Assembly: GCA_043820105.1 (NCBI GenBank)
Contig: JBDREC010000102.1
Coordinates: 826 to 64,825 of the forward strand
Length of the DNA stretch: 64,000 nt
From: Pseudomonadota bacterium
Lineage (GTDB): Bacteria; Bdellovibrionota_F; JAHFAK01; JBDREC01
Direction of reading: 5' to 3'
Every line of letters begins with the position of its first letter. Positions within the stretch are counted from its first letter, which is position 1. A program made the position numbers and the translations under genes. Positions 28,653 through 39,348 of this stretch are shown here, piece after piece. The notes under the pieces were generated by a model. The model ran no database searches and was not told the origin of the DNA. It worked only from the letters and a program-made list of their open reading frames with translations.

Positions 28653-29621
28653 TCACTTTTTTAATTCATTAAATATCAAAGAATGACTTTCTTTTATTGA
28701 ATAATATTCGATACCCGTCCAGATAACAATAGTTCCTGAGTCAACATATCCTTGTTGAAATTTCAAGTCCTTGAGAATAGTGTTTCGAATCTCATCTCTG
28801 TCTTTTGTAAACCAAACAATTGCTGGCACCCATAGCTTTATTATTAATTGCTTGCTTGTTTGCGATTCCCCAAAGGCACTTTTTGTTTCAGTGACCTGAA
28901 AATCCATTTCAAGTTTATGCCTAAAATTTAATTTTTGTGATATGAATTCTTCAGGTGATTGTCCCTCTGTCTCGCCTGTTGATTGCTGTGTGGACAGACT
29001 TGCCAAATCACCCATCAGCATTCCCGGAATTACCCTGGCTAAAGTAAAATTTACCAGAAAAGCAAAGATTATAATCATTATTAAAAGAGGTATATACGAT
29101 TGTTTTGAAAGCTTTTTAAATTCAATTTTATTAACTGTACTAAAATCAGTATCTCTTGGTACAATCCATGATTTTGATAAAACATCATGCAGCATTAAAC
29201 CATTTTTATTTAAAAAATGTAGAAAAATACTGTATATAATAAGTGAAATAGGCAATATGTTAATAAAAAGAATTATTGAAAAAGGAAGTATAGATAATAT
29301 CGAACCAAGGCTTCCCCATTTAAAAATAAAAATACACCCAAAGATTAATATTCTAAAAAGTTGTGATTTAAGCGCAAGTTCTTCATTTTGAAAGCTAAAG
29401 ATTTTAAGCTTAAAAATCCTTTTTCCAATGCCTGGCTTATATACATGATCAAGAAGGAAAAAATAGAAGCAGAATAATATTAACTCAATAAAGGCTATCA
29501 ATAAATCCGGAATCTTAAAATACAAACAAGCGTTAAAAACAAAAAATAAAATAACGAAAATTGAATAATCAATCAAAAAAGCCAATAGTCTAACAAAGGA
29601 TGCTGTTTTTATGTCCTTCAT
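28653..29621 (-). CDS. RDD-family membrane protein
   Basis: ASFVRLLAFLID, GKRIFKLKI, R, LHDVLSKSWIV. Confidence 0.8.
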   Translation of the reverse strand: MKDIKTASFVRLLAFLIDYSIFVILFFVFNACLYFKIPDLLIAFIELILFCFYFFLLDHVYKPGIGKRIFKLKIFSFQNEELALKSQLFRILIFGCIFIFKWGSLGSILSILPFSIILFINILPISLIIYSIFLHFLNKNGLMLHDVLSKSWIVPRDTDFSTVNKIEFKKLSKQSYIPLLIMIIIFAFLVNFTLARVIPGMLMGDLASLSTQQSTGETEGQSPEEFISQKLNFRHKLEMDFQVTETKSAFGESQTSKQLIIKLWVPAIVWFTKDRDEIRNTILKDLKFQQGYVDSGTIVIWTGIEYYSIKESHSLIFNELKK

Positions 29622-29693
29622 TTTTACCTCAATAAAACATTTTTATGGAAATATCTTTAAATAAATTTATAACTTTTTCAATCGATAAAAAAA

Positions 29694-32600
29694 TCACCTC
29701 TTACTCATTACCCACATAAAATCCGGCAGCAAATTGTGCCCTGGATCAAGATCCATTACAACTCCATTAACTGTTAAGAGGAAATTAATTGCTTCCATGA
29801 TTTCAGGGTCTATGTAAAGACCCGCTTGTCCTGCCAGATCAATAAGTAATACTAAGTTATCTGCAGGGGGCAAGGACCAGTCTAGTTGATCAATTCCCTG
29901 CCTTAAAAGCTCATCGTCAAAGCCAGTAGATAAAGAAGCCTCTGAAGCAATTTGCGTTAAGAATCTCTGCAAGGTTTTTAGTTGCCCGGAATTTTTAGCA
30001 CCTGGGGCATATAGAAACATTAATAAGGAAAATAATTTATTTAGTTTATCCTGTGTAATGAAGCCAGTAATTCCCCAGTCAATCCAGCTCAGGCCTGTTT
30101 CGGGTTCGAAAAACACATTTCCCGGATGAGGGTCTTTGTGAAAACTTTTGTCTATCAACAGCATTTTTAAAGCTTGCCGGGCATATAAAATTGCCGCTTC
30201 TTTTCTTTGACCAGGATCATCCAGTTCATTTAATTTTTTACCGGAAGCCGGCAACATAACCAAAACTCTTTGGGTACTCATCTCGTGAAGATATTCAGGA
30301 ACCAGGTATCCTCTTTGTCTAAATTTATCTCCGTTTCTCATTTCTTTTAAAAAACTTAATTGAATTCTATAGTCATTTAACCACCTTCTAATCAAGGACG
30401 GAATATCAATTCCCAGACTAAATCTGCCCATTTTTACTGCTGCTTCAAAGTCGTCTGCGACTTTTGAAAGTGTTTCAATTCCAACCTGCAGGTTTTGATT
30501 ATATTTGGAATCTGGTGCAACTTTTACAAAAACCTCCCTTCCATCAGGAAGCGTTGCTTTGAAAACATCTCCCATTGACGCTGAAGCAATTGGCACATCA
30601 TCCCAGGTGGCAAATAGTAGATGCATTGGTTTTCTAAGCTCCCTTTCTACGGTTCTTTTTATTTCAACACTGCTTGAAGGAGGCACCTGGTCAAACAATC
30701 TTGCAAAAACCTGTCTTTCTGCTGTTGGAATAATGCCATACATTGTTGAAAGAGCCTGTCCTAATTTAGGCAAACCAACTCTTTCGAACAAATAACAAAA
30801 GGTTTCTGCTCTACCTTGCGATTTCTCAATATGTTTCAAATCTTCAATCAATGAAAACAATTGATCCTGTGGCATTTGCTTAAAAAATCTTAGGGCAATA
30901 AATTTTAATTCTTTTGGCAAATCCATCAGGGCATTGGGAAGGTCTAATTTAAGTAAATCAAGAGTTTCATCTCTTTCCTGTTTTCTAAAATTTATTTTTT
31001 TCATTATTTGTCTGGCTTTTGCAATATTAGCTGTTGTCGGAGGAATAAGCTTTAATATGTCATCTTTAAAAACACAGCTATCAATAAAATTATGGGGTGC
31101 TTTTGCTTCCAAATATCTGCTTATTTCAGTAATAAATAAACTCGCATATTTCCCATATTTCAAGGATAAAGATTCCAGTTTAATTGCATCCAAATTAGCA
31201 ATAGTAAGCTCTTTATCACTTAAAGCTTCATCAAATTTTGAAAAATAATTATCAGGATCATTTTTATTTTCATCCAGAATCAGCATACCATAGTCATCTG
31301 GAAGTCTTCCAATTCTTTTCCAGTATTCACAAACCATGCAATAAAGTCTTTTTTCCTGAAGATGATTTGGATTTTTTTCATATCCTTCAATAAGAGCTGA
31401 TAAAACTTTATTGAAAGTACTGGCATATGCCAAACCCTTTGCCGCGATTCTTCTGGTTTCAATTGGATAACGTGAATCATTCACAATATATAAAAACAAT
31501 TCTCTTTTTCTTCTGGCGTCCGGGACATTTGAAGCTTCCAGCACAGAGGCCAAAACCTCTTTTTCAAAATCTCCAAGCTCTCCATGCGCAGAAAGGGTTT
31601 TCTCTGCTAAATCCAGAGCAAAGGCAATGGCAGGAATTTTTAAAAGCCCGGTCAACTGAACTTTTTCTATTGCAGAAAAGATTTTTAATCCCAGCGCAGA
31701 TCCAGAAACAGCCACATTTAATCTGGGGTCTTCGCCTTTAGTCTTTCTTTCCACAAAAGCCTGATAAGTATTAAGTCCCTCCTGCAATTCAGAAGATGGT
31801 TTAGCTGCTCTTTCTATCTCATTATTTACAAATGCTGTATAAACATTAAATATATTATTTTCTGAAAGATCAGGGTAAGCAGAAGTTAGACCACCTATGG
31901 CTAGTCTGATTTTCTCCCAGGCAGAAGTTGGATCATCCAATCCTCTTCTAACCATTACCGGATTCCATTTTCCAACGGGCATTGTTAAATCAACGCTGAC
32001 CTTTCTTGATGGAAAAACATCAGCAAGTGCTACCTGATAATCACTGTCTTTTGAAACCCTTCCTAATTTTTCCTCATTGCTTTCATTCTTAATTTCAGGG
32101 GAAACCCTGTCAATATAATGTTCAATTCTATAAGCAAGGTTTAAAATTCTTCCCCTGATATCCAGAGGTAATTTAGCGCTGCCAATTCTGTCTATGGCAT
32201 ATTTAGCTCTTGCAAAAATTAAGCTTTCAGTTTTTGCATAAATTGAAATTATTTCCAAAGTATCTCTTGTAAATATCGCAGTATCCATCCAGTCAAATAA
32301 AGCTATCTGTTCTCTGATGTCCAGGCCAATAGCCTCTTTCTTTACTTTGGGTAAAACTTTATCAAACAGCTCATAAAGCAGATTATCTTTTTCTTCATTT
32401 GTCAGGTTAGCAGCATTTACTATCTGAATAAAAAGCGTTACTCCTTCCCTGAATTGAAAGGAGGAAGGATTAAATTTAGCGATATGTTCAGATGCCAAAT
32501 GTAATAATTCATTTGCTGCCTGTCTGAAAGCTCTGTTAAGTGCAAATTCCTTAACAAACATTAACATCTCTGTAGGAGTAATTCCAGCTCTTCTAAGCTC

Positions 32601-35600
32601 AACCATTGTTTTATATTCTGAAATTATTTCCTCTAATTTGGAAATTCTATCCGCTTCTTTAGGTAAGGCAAAAAATGCGATAGTAAATAAGGCTGATTGT
32701 ATAGCCTCATTAAATAGTGTAAATATAGCTGGCAAAGATCCTCCCTGCCTACTCTCAATACTGCTATCCAGCATTGTCTGTGCAATATCCAGATAACCTT
32801 GCGTTGCAGCCATTTTCGAGGCTTCAACAATTAATCTCGCGATTACCCATATTGCAGTATTCTTAATCTTTTGGTTTAAATCAGAAAGCTCATCAGTACC
32901 AATCTCTGATAAGGCTAATTTAAATTCCTCATTCCACCTCAAAAACACAATCGGTGGTATTGCCTTTTCCGAATTCAGTTTATGCATCATAATTTCATAG
33001 TGTAATTGTCTAAGCATTTGGGCATAAGATGGTACTGCCAAGCCCTGTTCAATAAAGGCATTCTGAGAGCTGGGAAAAGTTACTACTGAATCAGGAAGAG
33101 GAAATGGCCCATCTAACCATATAAAAGTAGGCATATCTGAAGCTATTGTTTGATTATAAGTATTTGTATCTTTAAATGGGTGTTGTTTCGAGGGATTTTC
33201 CCACAGATTATACAACTGTCTATGATATTCCAAAGCTGAGTATAAACCTGGCAGATACCCTATTTCAGAATCATAATCATCGGCAACGGGAACAGATCTC
33301 CACCAGTCTTTATCATAGGGGGCATTAGAATGCAAAGGATCCTGCCCATAATTTATTGCGCCATATTTCGCAGCTTGTCCTGGAAGAGGCAATCTTAAGC
33401 CTCCTAATCTTGCCTGTAATAAAGCTGCTAAAATAGCAGGTGTAGTTGGGCTAGACCCCCATTTTTTCGATAAATTATAAGCTGCATCTGCCAATATGCC
33501 TTCCTCGTCATAGGCCAGTATTGTTATCAAAAAAGCTTCCAGGGCCTTTGGATCACCTTTATTAATTTCTGAATGATAAACTTTATATAAATACTTGTAA
33601 TATTTTTTTTGATTATATTTTCTAAACTTTGTAATAACTTTAAGAATAAATTTTTTAATTTCAGCTTTTGGAATATTACCTTTTACATAACTATCCTGCA
33701 AGGCTTCTGTTAATATCCTTAAGCCTAAATTTGTCCTTTGAATGCTTTTTTCTTTTTCTAAATATTCCTCATTATTTACTACAGCAATAGGAGTTAAGGG
33801 AAGTTGAAATAATTCAAACTGGGAAACGGAAATTCTGCCAAAATGATAAAGCATTTTTTCAAGATTTCGTTCCAGTCTTGCTCTTTCAAAATAAAGCAAA
33901 TCACTAACAACAATCTTGCTTCTTTCGATTTCTCCGCCAATCCTGTCAACTTTGGGAATATAGGCTAAATTCCTTTGTATAACTATAGCAATATTTTTAA
34001 TTAAATCTTCATAATACGTTTTTTCTTTTCCACTGGCTTGTCTTGCTATAAGTATGGTCATTCGGTAAAAGGCTAAAAGACCATTTGGATCACTCCAATT
34101 AATGTCTTTTGCAATACCCGTTGCCTTTTGAAGGGCTTCTTCAAATTCAAGCTTATATTTTTCATATTGCCTTCTTCCGGCTGAAAGAATTTTTACTTTG
34201 TTTTGGGTTGCCTCCTGCTTTCCCAAAAAAGAGGTGCTTTCTACATCCTTATTTCCGCTTATCAAATCTTTATACTCATTTACCCTGGACATTATTCCGG
34301 GAATATCTACTGACGGGGTAGCACCACTTCTCAATAATGTCCCAGTTAAGGCTGCCATATTTGCGGAGCTTGGTTCGTCAATAGCTTTTTTTGCCTGTGT
34401 CATTAATAAAGCAAGAGGGGAATCTGTTTTAATTTGTACTCCATGCTCGGCAATAACTGCTTCTACTGAAGGGTCTGCTAGTAAAGCAGGATTAGCTCTA
34501 GCTAAAGCTGCTAATTGAAGTAATTTTCCTTTATTATAATTCCTGGTGTGGTTGGCTCCCAGGTAAATTCTGCTTCTTATATAACCTGATATTCCTTCTT
34601 TATTTATTATGTCCAGAATTTTTTCAAAAAATTCCACTTCATCGGGAGCAAGCCAATCTTTTGGTATTCCAATGGCTATTAAATCCCTGTAGAGCAAAGC
34701 CGCTCCATAACTGGCCTGGGCTTCTTCCTGATAGCGGGTATCTAATAAATGAAAAAGGATGGCTTCAAAAGACGCAGCCCCTGAATAATCCGAAATCTCT
34801 TTATAAGGGAGAGCAGCGACTTCTCTGTGTCTTTCATTAATTGGCATAGCGTGAACGCCAAGTTCATGTGCCAGGGTGAAAACAGATGCATTTCGTCTTA
34901 ATCCAATTTCATCACTAAGTTCATTTCTTGTGTCTGTATATTTTCCTCTGCGTGACCAGGATGATTTGAGGTTAAAGCTTATTGGAAATGCATTTTCCTT
35001 ATCTTCTATTTCTGCTCCTCTTTTTTCTACCAGTTCCTTCCATTTCTTTATAACTCTTTGCCATTCAGGTGAAGCATGCTCTATGAGTCTTATCGCCAGA
35101 GCTAATTTTCCCTCATTTATAATTCCTGTTCTAAATAGATCCTTAAACTCCTGTGCATCAAAAGGAGGTAATATTTCATCTTGGCCGGGAATGGTATCTG
35201 GATCCATTGTAAAATGGGCTGCCTCAAGCCCTGACAATCCAGCTGTATTTTTTCTAAATTCCAATTGCAGATATCTGCTTTCATCATTTTCCAAAACATT
35301 CTCATCAAAACGAAAGCTGCTTATTTTTAAAGGACTTTCATAATATACTCTTATATCACCACTGCGAATCACATATATTCTAAATCCGCTAATATTAGAG
35401 TATTCGGTCAAAAGATCTTTTGCGATGTCCAGTACTTTAGCAAGCATTCTTTTTTTCCAGTTTCTCATGGCCTGTATTTGCCCGAAATCATTGAAGTCTG
35501 AAATATACTCGGGATCATATCCTGCAAATTCCACAGATTGTTCGATAACTAAAGGCACAGTAAGCGGAATCCCTGCTTCTTTTTTAAGCAAAGAGGATGC

Positions 35601-38261
35601 CAATTCAAAATTAGCCTTAACTTTTTTATAAATCTGCTGATTTTTATCATCAGCTCTCATGACTCTCCATCTGATGCCATCCTGACCCAGGGCTAGTTCC
35701 AATTCATGAGCCGGAACCATGGGAGTATTAAATTCAAGATGTTTTTCATAATGTTCATATTTCTCTTCAAAACCAAACAAGATTACATCACCAAAGCTCA
35801 ATTTCATTGGTGTTCTTAAGCCAATAAATTTCATTGGCGTTCTTCTACGACTTGGCTTGCTTATACTTCCATCAGAGTGCTTGATGGCTAAACTTACTTT
35901 TGAAGAAATTGGGGCCATGGTCCAATACCCTGGTAATGCAGACGGCTTTTTCCCGCCCTCTTCGTCCATTATTGGTTCAAGCTGCCATACAAACTGGATA
36001 TCTGCTGGCGTTTCAGCGGAGGGTTTTCTGACTAACATTATTTTTTCTTCAGTCACAATCCCGTAAACAGATGTTCCTGGCTTAAAATATGCATCCTTTA
36101 ATTTTGTTTTTATCCTTTCATCAAGCTGGATTTCTTTTTCTTCTGATACCTTGACCGCTGCAACTCCTTCAAACAACCAGTCTTCAAGCTGCTGTTTATC
36201 CATATTCAATGCAAGTGTAAACATAGAATCAAGCAAGGCATAAACAGAAACAAGCAGTTCTTCAGGTACATTTTCTATAATAATCTCTCTTATTAATTTT
36301 ATTTGATCAAATTCCAGATAAATTTTTAAACTCGCCCTTTTTCCATCCAAACCATATCCAAAAATTTCATGAACTCTGGGAGTATTTGGATTTAACACTG
36401 CATCAGCAATAAAGGTTTTAGCATCTTTTATAGATATTTCAGGTAAGCCCGGATGAATATGAGCAGAAGATAAAACAAGATCAGCTGCGGATTCTGCTTC
36501 ATCTGAAACAGCTAATAAGGCATAATCAGATTGACTTGCCCCACCTTCTAAAAAAGAAACTTCACCAGTATCGTCTTTTCTAACTGAGTATTCATGGCCC
36601 GTCCGTTCGTGATGTTCATAAAGTTTCTCAATATCATCATTTCCCAGCAGCAACGACTGAACCTGGAGATCTTCAAAACGATTATCGTCATCAAAATGCT
36701 CCTTATTGTTAGCTGCAAAGGGATCAAAGGTCTCAGCCGGATCCTGCGTTAATTCCTGATACGCTCTTTGTCTTTCCGCATTTGGCAAATTGAGATTCTG
36801 AGGCCTGGCAAGTGGAATGCTTGCAAATATATCACGACCAGCAGCAATTGTTGCCTGTGGCTCCTGGATTGGGGACTGCTCAGGAGAAACAGGTGCTCGC
36901 GGAGCCTCTGGTGAAATTGGCGAGTATTTCCCTTTTGGCAAATTGAGATTTCTGCCTCTATCCAGAGTAACTTCCATTATTATTTGTGGTTCTGGCCTGG
37001 GTTTCGGGGTCTGTCTGAGCAGTTCAGTTCTGCCGGGAATTTCTTCGTTTAAAAAAGGGTCCGCTGGTTTTTCTTTTAATAAGGTATCGGCCTCTACAGA
37101 TTGTATAGGGGCCCTGGAGGCAATTGGTTTCGGGACTTCACTGCCACCTTCTGTTAAGCCTTCGATAATATCAATGGTCGCGGGCATAGCTTCAGGTGCC
37201 TGCATGGTGCTTCCCGGAATTTCTGTTTTCGGAATTTCAAGCAAGGTTATTCGGTTTCTGGAGGCAATTTCAAGAGCTGCTGGAGCTAATTCCTGCGGAA
37301 TAGGAAGTGGCGAAGAAAATGTTTTTAAACCCGGATCCCAGATTAAATCCATAGGCTGCCTGATTGCAAGAGCATTGATTTCTGCTGGACTTCTCGCTGC
37401 GCTGGCGAAATTTAAAGATCTAAAAAATGAATACGCGCTTTTTAGGGCTCTTTCTCCTCTTGGAACTAAAATCAGGGCTCCTAAAAATTCACCGCTATCC
37501 ATTCCAAGTTCTTCAAGTATTCTATTGGTTTCAAGGTCAGCATCAGCCAGACCAAGTCTTACACTATCAATTATTATATCTAGTCCATTTTTAGCGGCAA
37601 TAAAGATACAAGCTATTCCAAGAGCATCAAGAGCAGCCATTACAATGGGCCTGGTTGGCGGACAAATAAAAAGAATAAGGGCTCCTGCAATTAATGCTTT
37701 TACTCTTAAAGAAGAAAAATCAAAAACTTGCAAAAATCCACGGGATAATCTTTGCAGACCACTGGCTGTTTCTTCATCCAGTCCATTTGTGAAAAAATCA
37801 TACGCTGTTAAGTAATCAGCTCCTTCCATTTCATCATGCAATATTCCAATTGTAACAGACCCCCCTCCAAGTTTTTCCAATCTTTGAATCTCTGTGTCGC
37901 CTAAACGTCTTTGGACTTCAATTTTCAGAGCTTTTTCAAAACTTTCATGTAAATCAAATTCATGAACTATATACATTACCAGAAAAACAACTTCCTCTTC
38001 AGTTCCACCAAGCGGCAGTTCCAAAGTTGCTGCAAGCAAGGTATCAGCCAAAACAAATACATTATCAAAAGAAACTAAAGAAGAAGGTTTTATATAATCA
38101 GGATTTGTTTGAGAAGAAACATACTCACCATCATCCAAAATTACATCTGTTGGGCTTTGATCATTGCTTTCGTATGGAAATATATTTTGAAAGAATATTA
38201 ATGAAAATACGATGACAAAATAAAAACATTTTTTAGTTAAATTTACTTCAAGATAAAACAT
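29694..38261 (-). CDS. Giant (2855 aa) secreted multidomain protein with JAB-like and HExxxH motifs and a C-terminal ABC1/UbiB atypical kinase domain
   Basis: Uninterrupted ORF; signal peptide; SAHIHPGLPEISIKD; LAHELGVH; KLGQALST, ASASMGDVFKATL.DG..VFVKV, FHKDPHPGN, IDWG. Confidence 0.85.
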   Translation of the reverse strand: MFYLEVNLTKKCFYFVIVFSLIFFQNIFPYESNDQSPTDVILDDGEYVSSQTNPDYIKPSSLVSFDNVFVLADTLLAATLELPLGGTEEEVVFLVMYIVHEFDLHESFEKALKIEVQRRLGDTEIQRLEKLGGGSVTIGILHDEMEGADYLTAYDFFTNGLDEETASGLQRLSRGFLQVFDFSSLRVKALIAGALILFICPPTRPIVMAALDALGIACIFIAAKNGLDIIIDSVRLGLADADLETNRILEELGMDSGEFLGALILVPRGERALKSAYSFFRSLNFASAARSPAEINALAIRQPMDLIWDPGLKTFSSPLPIPQELAPAALEIASRNRITLLEIPKTEIPGSTMQAPEAMPATIDIIEGLTEGGSEVPKPIASRAPIQSVEADTLLKEKPADPFLNEEIPGRTELLRQTPKPRPEPQIIMEVTLDRGRNLNLPKGKYSPISPEAPRAPVSPEQSPIQEPQATIAAGRDIFASIPLARPQNLNLPNAERQRAYQELTQDPAETFDPFAANNKEHFDDDNRFEDLQVQSLLLGNDDIEKLYEHHERTGHEYSVRKDDTGEVSFLEGGASQSDYALLAVSDEAESAADLVLSSAHIHPGLPEISIKDAKTFIADAVLNPNTPRVHEIFGYGLDGKRASLKIYLEFDQIKLIREIIIENVPEELLVSVYALLDSMFTLALNMDKQQLEDWLFEGVAAVKVSEEKEIQLDERIKTKLKDAYFKPGTSVYGIVTEEKIMLVRKPSAETPADIQFVWQLEPIMDEEGGKKPSALPGYWTMAPISSKVSLAIKHSDGSISKPSRRRTPMKFIGLRTPMKLSFGDVILFGFEEKYEHYEKHLEFNTPMVPAHELELALGQDGIRWRVMRADDKNQQIYKKVKANFELASSLLKKEAGIPLTVPLVIEQSVEFAGYDPEYISDFNDFGQIQAMRNWKKRMLAKVLDIAKDLLTEYSNISGFRIYVIRSGDIRVYYESPLKISSFRFDENVLENDESRYLQLEFRKNTAGLSGLEAAHFTMDPDTIPGQDEILPPFDAQEFKDLFRTGIINEGKLALAIRLIEHASPEWQRVIKKWKELVEKRGAEIEDKENAFPISFNLKSSWSRRGKYTDTRNELSDEIGLRRNASVFTLAHELGVHAMPINERHREVAALPYKEISDYSGAASFEAILFHLLDTRYQEEAQASYGAALLYRDLIAIGIPKDWLAPDEVEFFEKILDIINKEGISGYIRSRIYLGANHTRNYNKGKLLQLAALARANPALLADPSVEAVIAEHGVQIKTDSPLALLMTQAKKAIDEPSSANMAALTGTLLRSGATPSVDIPGIMSRVNEYKDLISGNKDVESTSFLGKQEATQNKVKILSAGRRQYEKYKLEFEEALQKATGIAKDINWSDPNGLLAFYRMTILIARQASGKEKTYYEDLIKNIAIVIQRNLAYIPKVDRIGGEIERSKIVVSDLLYFERARLERNLEKMLYHFGRISVSQFELFQLPLTPIAVVNNEEYLEKEKSIQRTNLGLRILTEALQDSYVKGNIPKAEIKKFILKVITKFRKYNQKKYYKYLYKVYHSEINKGDPKALEAFLITILAYDEEGILADAAYNLSKKWGSSPTTPAILAALLQARLGGLRLPLPGQAAKYGAINYGQDPLHSNAPYDKDWWRSVPVADDYDSEIGYLPGLYSALEYHRQLYNLWENPSKQHPFKDTNTYNQTIASDMPTFIWLDGPFPLPDSVVTFPSSQNAFIEQGLAVPSYAQMLRQLHYEIMMHKLNSEKAIPPIVFLRWNEEFKLALSEIGTDELSDLNQKIKNTAIWVIARLIVEASKMAATQGYLDIAQTMLDSSIESRQGGSLPAIFTLFNEAIQSALFTIAFFALPKEADRISKLEEIISEYKTMVELRRAGITPTEMLMFVKEFALNRAFRQAANELLHLASEHIAKFNPSSFQFREGVTLFIQIVNAANLTNEEKDNLLYELFDKVLPKVKKEAIGLDIREQIALFDWMDTAIFTRDTLEIISIYAKTESLIFARAKYAIDRIGSAKLPLDIRGRILNLAYRIEHYIDRVSPEIKNESNEEKLGRVSKDSDYQVALADVFPSRKVSVDLTMPVGKWNPVMVRRGLDDPTSAWEKIRLAIGGLTSAYPDLSENNIFNVYTAFVNNEIERAAKPSSELQEGLNTYQAFVERKTKGEDPRLNVAVSGSALGLKIFSAIEKVQLTGLLKIPAIAFALDLAEKTLSAHGELGDFEKEVLASVLEASNVPDARRKRELFLYIVNDSRYPIETRRIAAKGLAYASTFNKVLSALIEGYEKNPNHLQEKRLYCMVCEYWKRIGRLPDDYGMLILDENKNDPDNYFSKFDEALSDKELTIANLDAIKLESLSLKYGKYASLFITEISRYLEAKAPHNFIDSCVFKDDILKLIPPTTANIAKARQIMKKINFRKQERDETLDLLKLDLPNALMDLPKELKFIALRFFKQMPQDQLFSLIEDLKHIEKSQGRAETFCYLFERVGLPKLGQALSTMYGIIPTAERQVFARLFDQVPPSSSVEIKRTVERELRKPMHLLFATWDDVPIASASMGDVFKATLPDGREVFVKVAPDSKYNQNLQVGIETLSKVADDFEAAVKMGRFSLGIDIPSLIRRWLNDYRIQLSFLKEMRNGDKFRQRGYLVPEYLHEMSTQRVLVMLPASGKKLNELDDPGQRKEAAILYARQALKMLLIDKSFHKDPHPGNVFFEPETGLSWIDWGITGFITQDKLNKLFSLLMFLYAPGAKNSGQLKTLQRFLTQIASEASLSTGFDDELLRQGIDQLDWSLPPADNLVLLIDLAGQAGLYIDPEIMEAINFLLTVNGVVMDLDPGHNLLPDFMWVMSKR

Positions 38262-38313
38262 AATCCCATTTCTCCAATATCTTTAGCCATATTTATTGCG
38301 CAATATTACTACC

Positions 38314-38328
38314 GCATTTTTTATGCCA
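38314..38328 (-). promoter_or_regulatory. Sigma54 -24/-12 promoter upstream of the giant gene
   Basis: Minus strand TGGCATAAAAAATGC, GG-N10-GC; a second GG-N10-GC (38300-38314) abuts it. Confidence 0.55.
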
Positions 38329-38477
38329 GAGCAGCATGCTTAATATTGTCTGTTATTTTAAGCTGTTAGGTGGTTTTGTTTTGATTTTTTATGTTTAAAA
38401 GAGAATTATTTTTACTCTTATTGCATTGCTTGCGACAAAAAGCTCTCAAAAAAATGAAGCATATCCATGGAAATTCT

Positions 38478-38855
38478 TTATTGTGCAGGTAAAATTCTTG
38501 CTTCCAGCTTTTTAAAAATTGAAATTATGTAATCTTTTTCCAAACCTGTTTCTCCCGCTGCATAATCAATAAATCCACAGCCATTGCTGATACCTTCAAA
38601 AATATTATATTCAGACACATCATGGGAAGACTGGCTATTGGACTGAAAGAACAGCCATAGGGCTGCAATGTCCATAATTACATTGCTGTCAACCTCATTA
38701 AAACCATCTAAAGCTCTTGCAATCGCCTGAATTTCACGATACCGTCTCGTTGCCTCTTCCGGATCAACTGGTCTTGGGCCAACATATCTTTCTGTTCCTT
38801 TATCTATAAAGTACCTGGCAGGTAATTCGCAATGCCAGGGTAAGTGTATTCTATT
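38478..38855 (-). pseudogene. 5'-truncated gene remnant
   Basis: The frame of the 65-aa ORF stays open for 60 more codons upstream (..PWHCELPARYFIDKGTERYVGPRPVDPEE..) with no ATG, GTG or TTG start. Confidence 0.45.
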
Positions 38856-38886
38856 TTATTATTTATTCAATTAACTTAATTGATAA

Positions 38887-39348
38887 TTATATATTCAGAG
38901 CCTGTTCAATTCTCTCCGCGAATTCATATATTGAACCTGTTTCAATTATTTCTCCTTTTTCATTTTTTCTTTCAATATATGTTAGAGTTACATTTTTAAA
39001 AAGAACATCATTACGTATTGTTTGTTTGTTAAGAAAGCAGTTTCCTGTAGCAAAAAGGGGCAAAATTAAAAATCCAAAAAACCCTGAAACCTTCATACAA
39101 TCATTATAATAATTTCGTCTTTTTGAAATCTGTTCATATGAATACCATTTTTTTGATCCTAAATTTATGCATTTATCATCATCTGCCACAGGACATAATT
39201 CAAAACTGAAATTATTACCTTCTTGTGTAACTTTAATAAAATGAATAGCATTTATTTCATCCTTATCTGGATAAACATTTGCTTTTGAGAAAACAGGAAC
39301 AACCAATAAAAAACAAAGTAAAAAGATTAAAATTAATTTTAGTTTCAT
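38887..39348 (-). CDS. Secreted hypothetical protein
   Basis: Signal peptide (VFS|K), AAGGAG RBS upstream, internal hydrophobic stretch. Confidence 0.7.
   Translation of the reverse strand: MKLKLILIFLLCFLLVVPVFSKANVYPDKDEINAIHFIKVTQEGNNFSFELCPVADDDKCINLGSKKWYSYEQISKRRNYYNDCMKVSGFFGFLILPLFATGNCFLNKQTIRNDVLFKNVTLTYIERKNEKGEIIETGSIYEFAERIEQALNI

Noticed and set aside
36817-37815. 332-aa plus-strand ORF and other antisense ORFs within the giant gene and housekeeping genes
   Set aside because: Ser-rich shadow frames opposite well-supported genes, with no motifs
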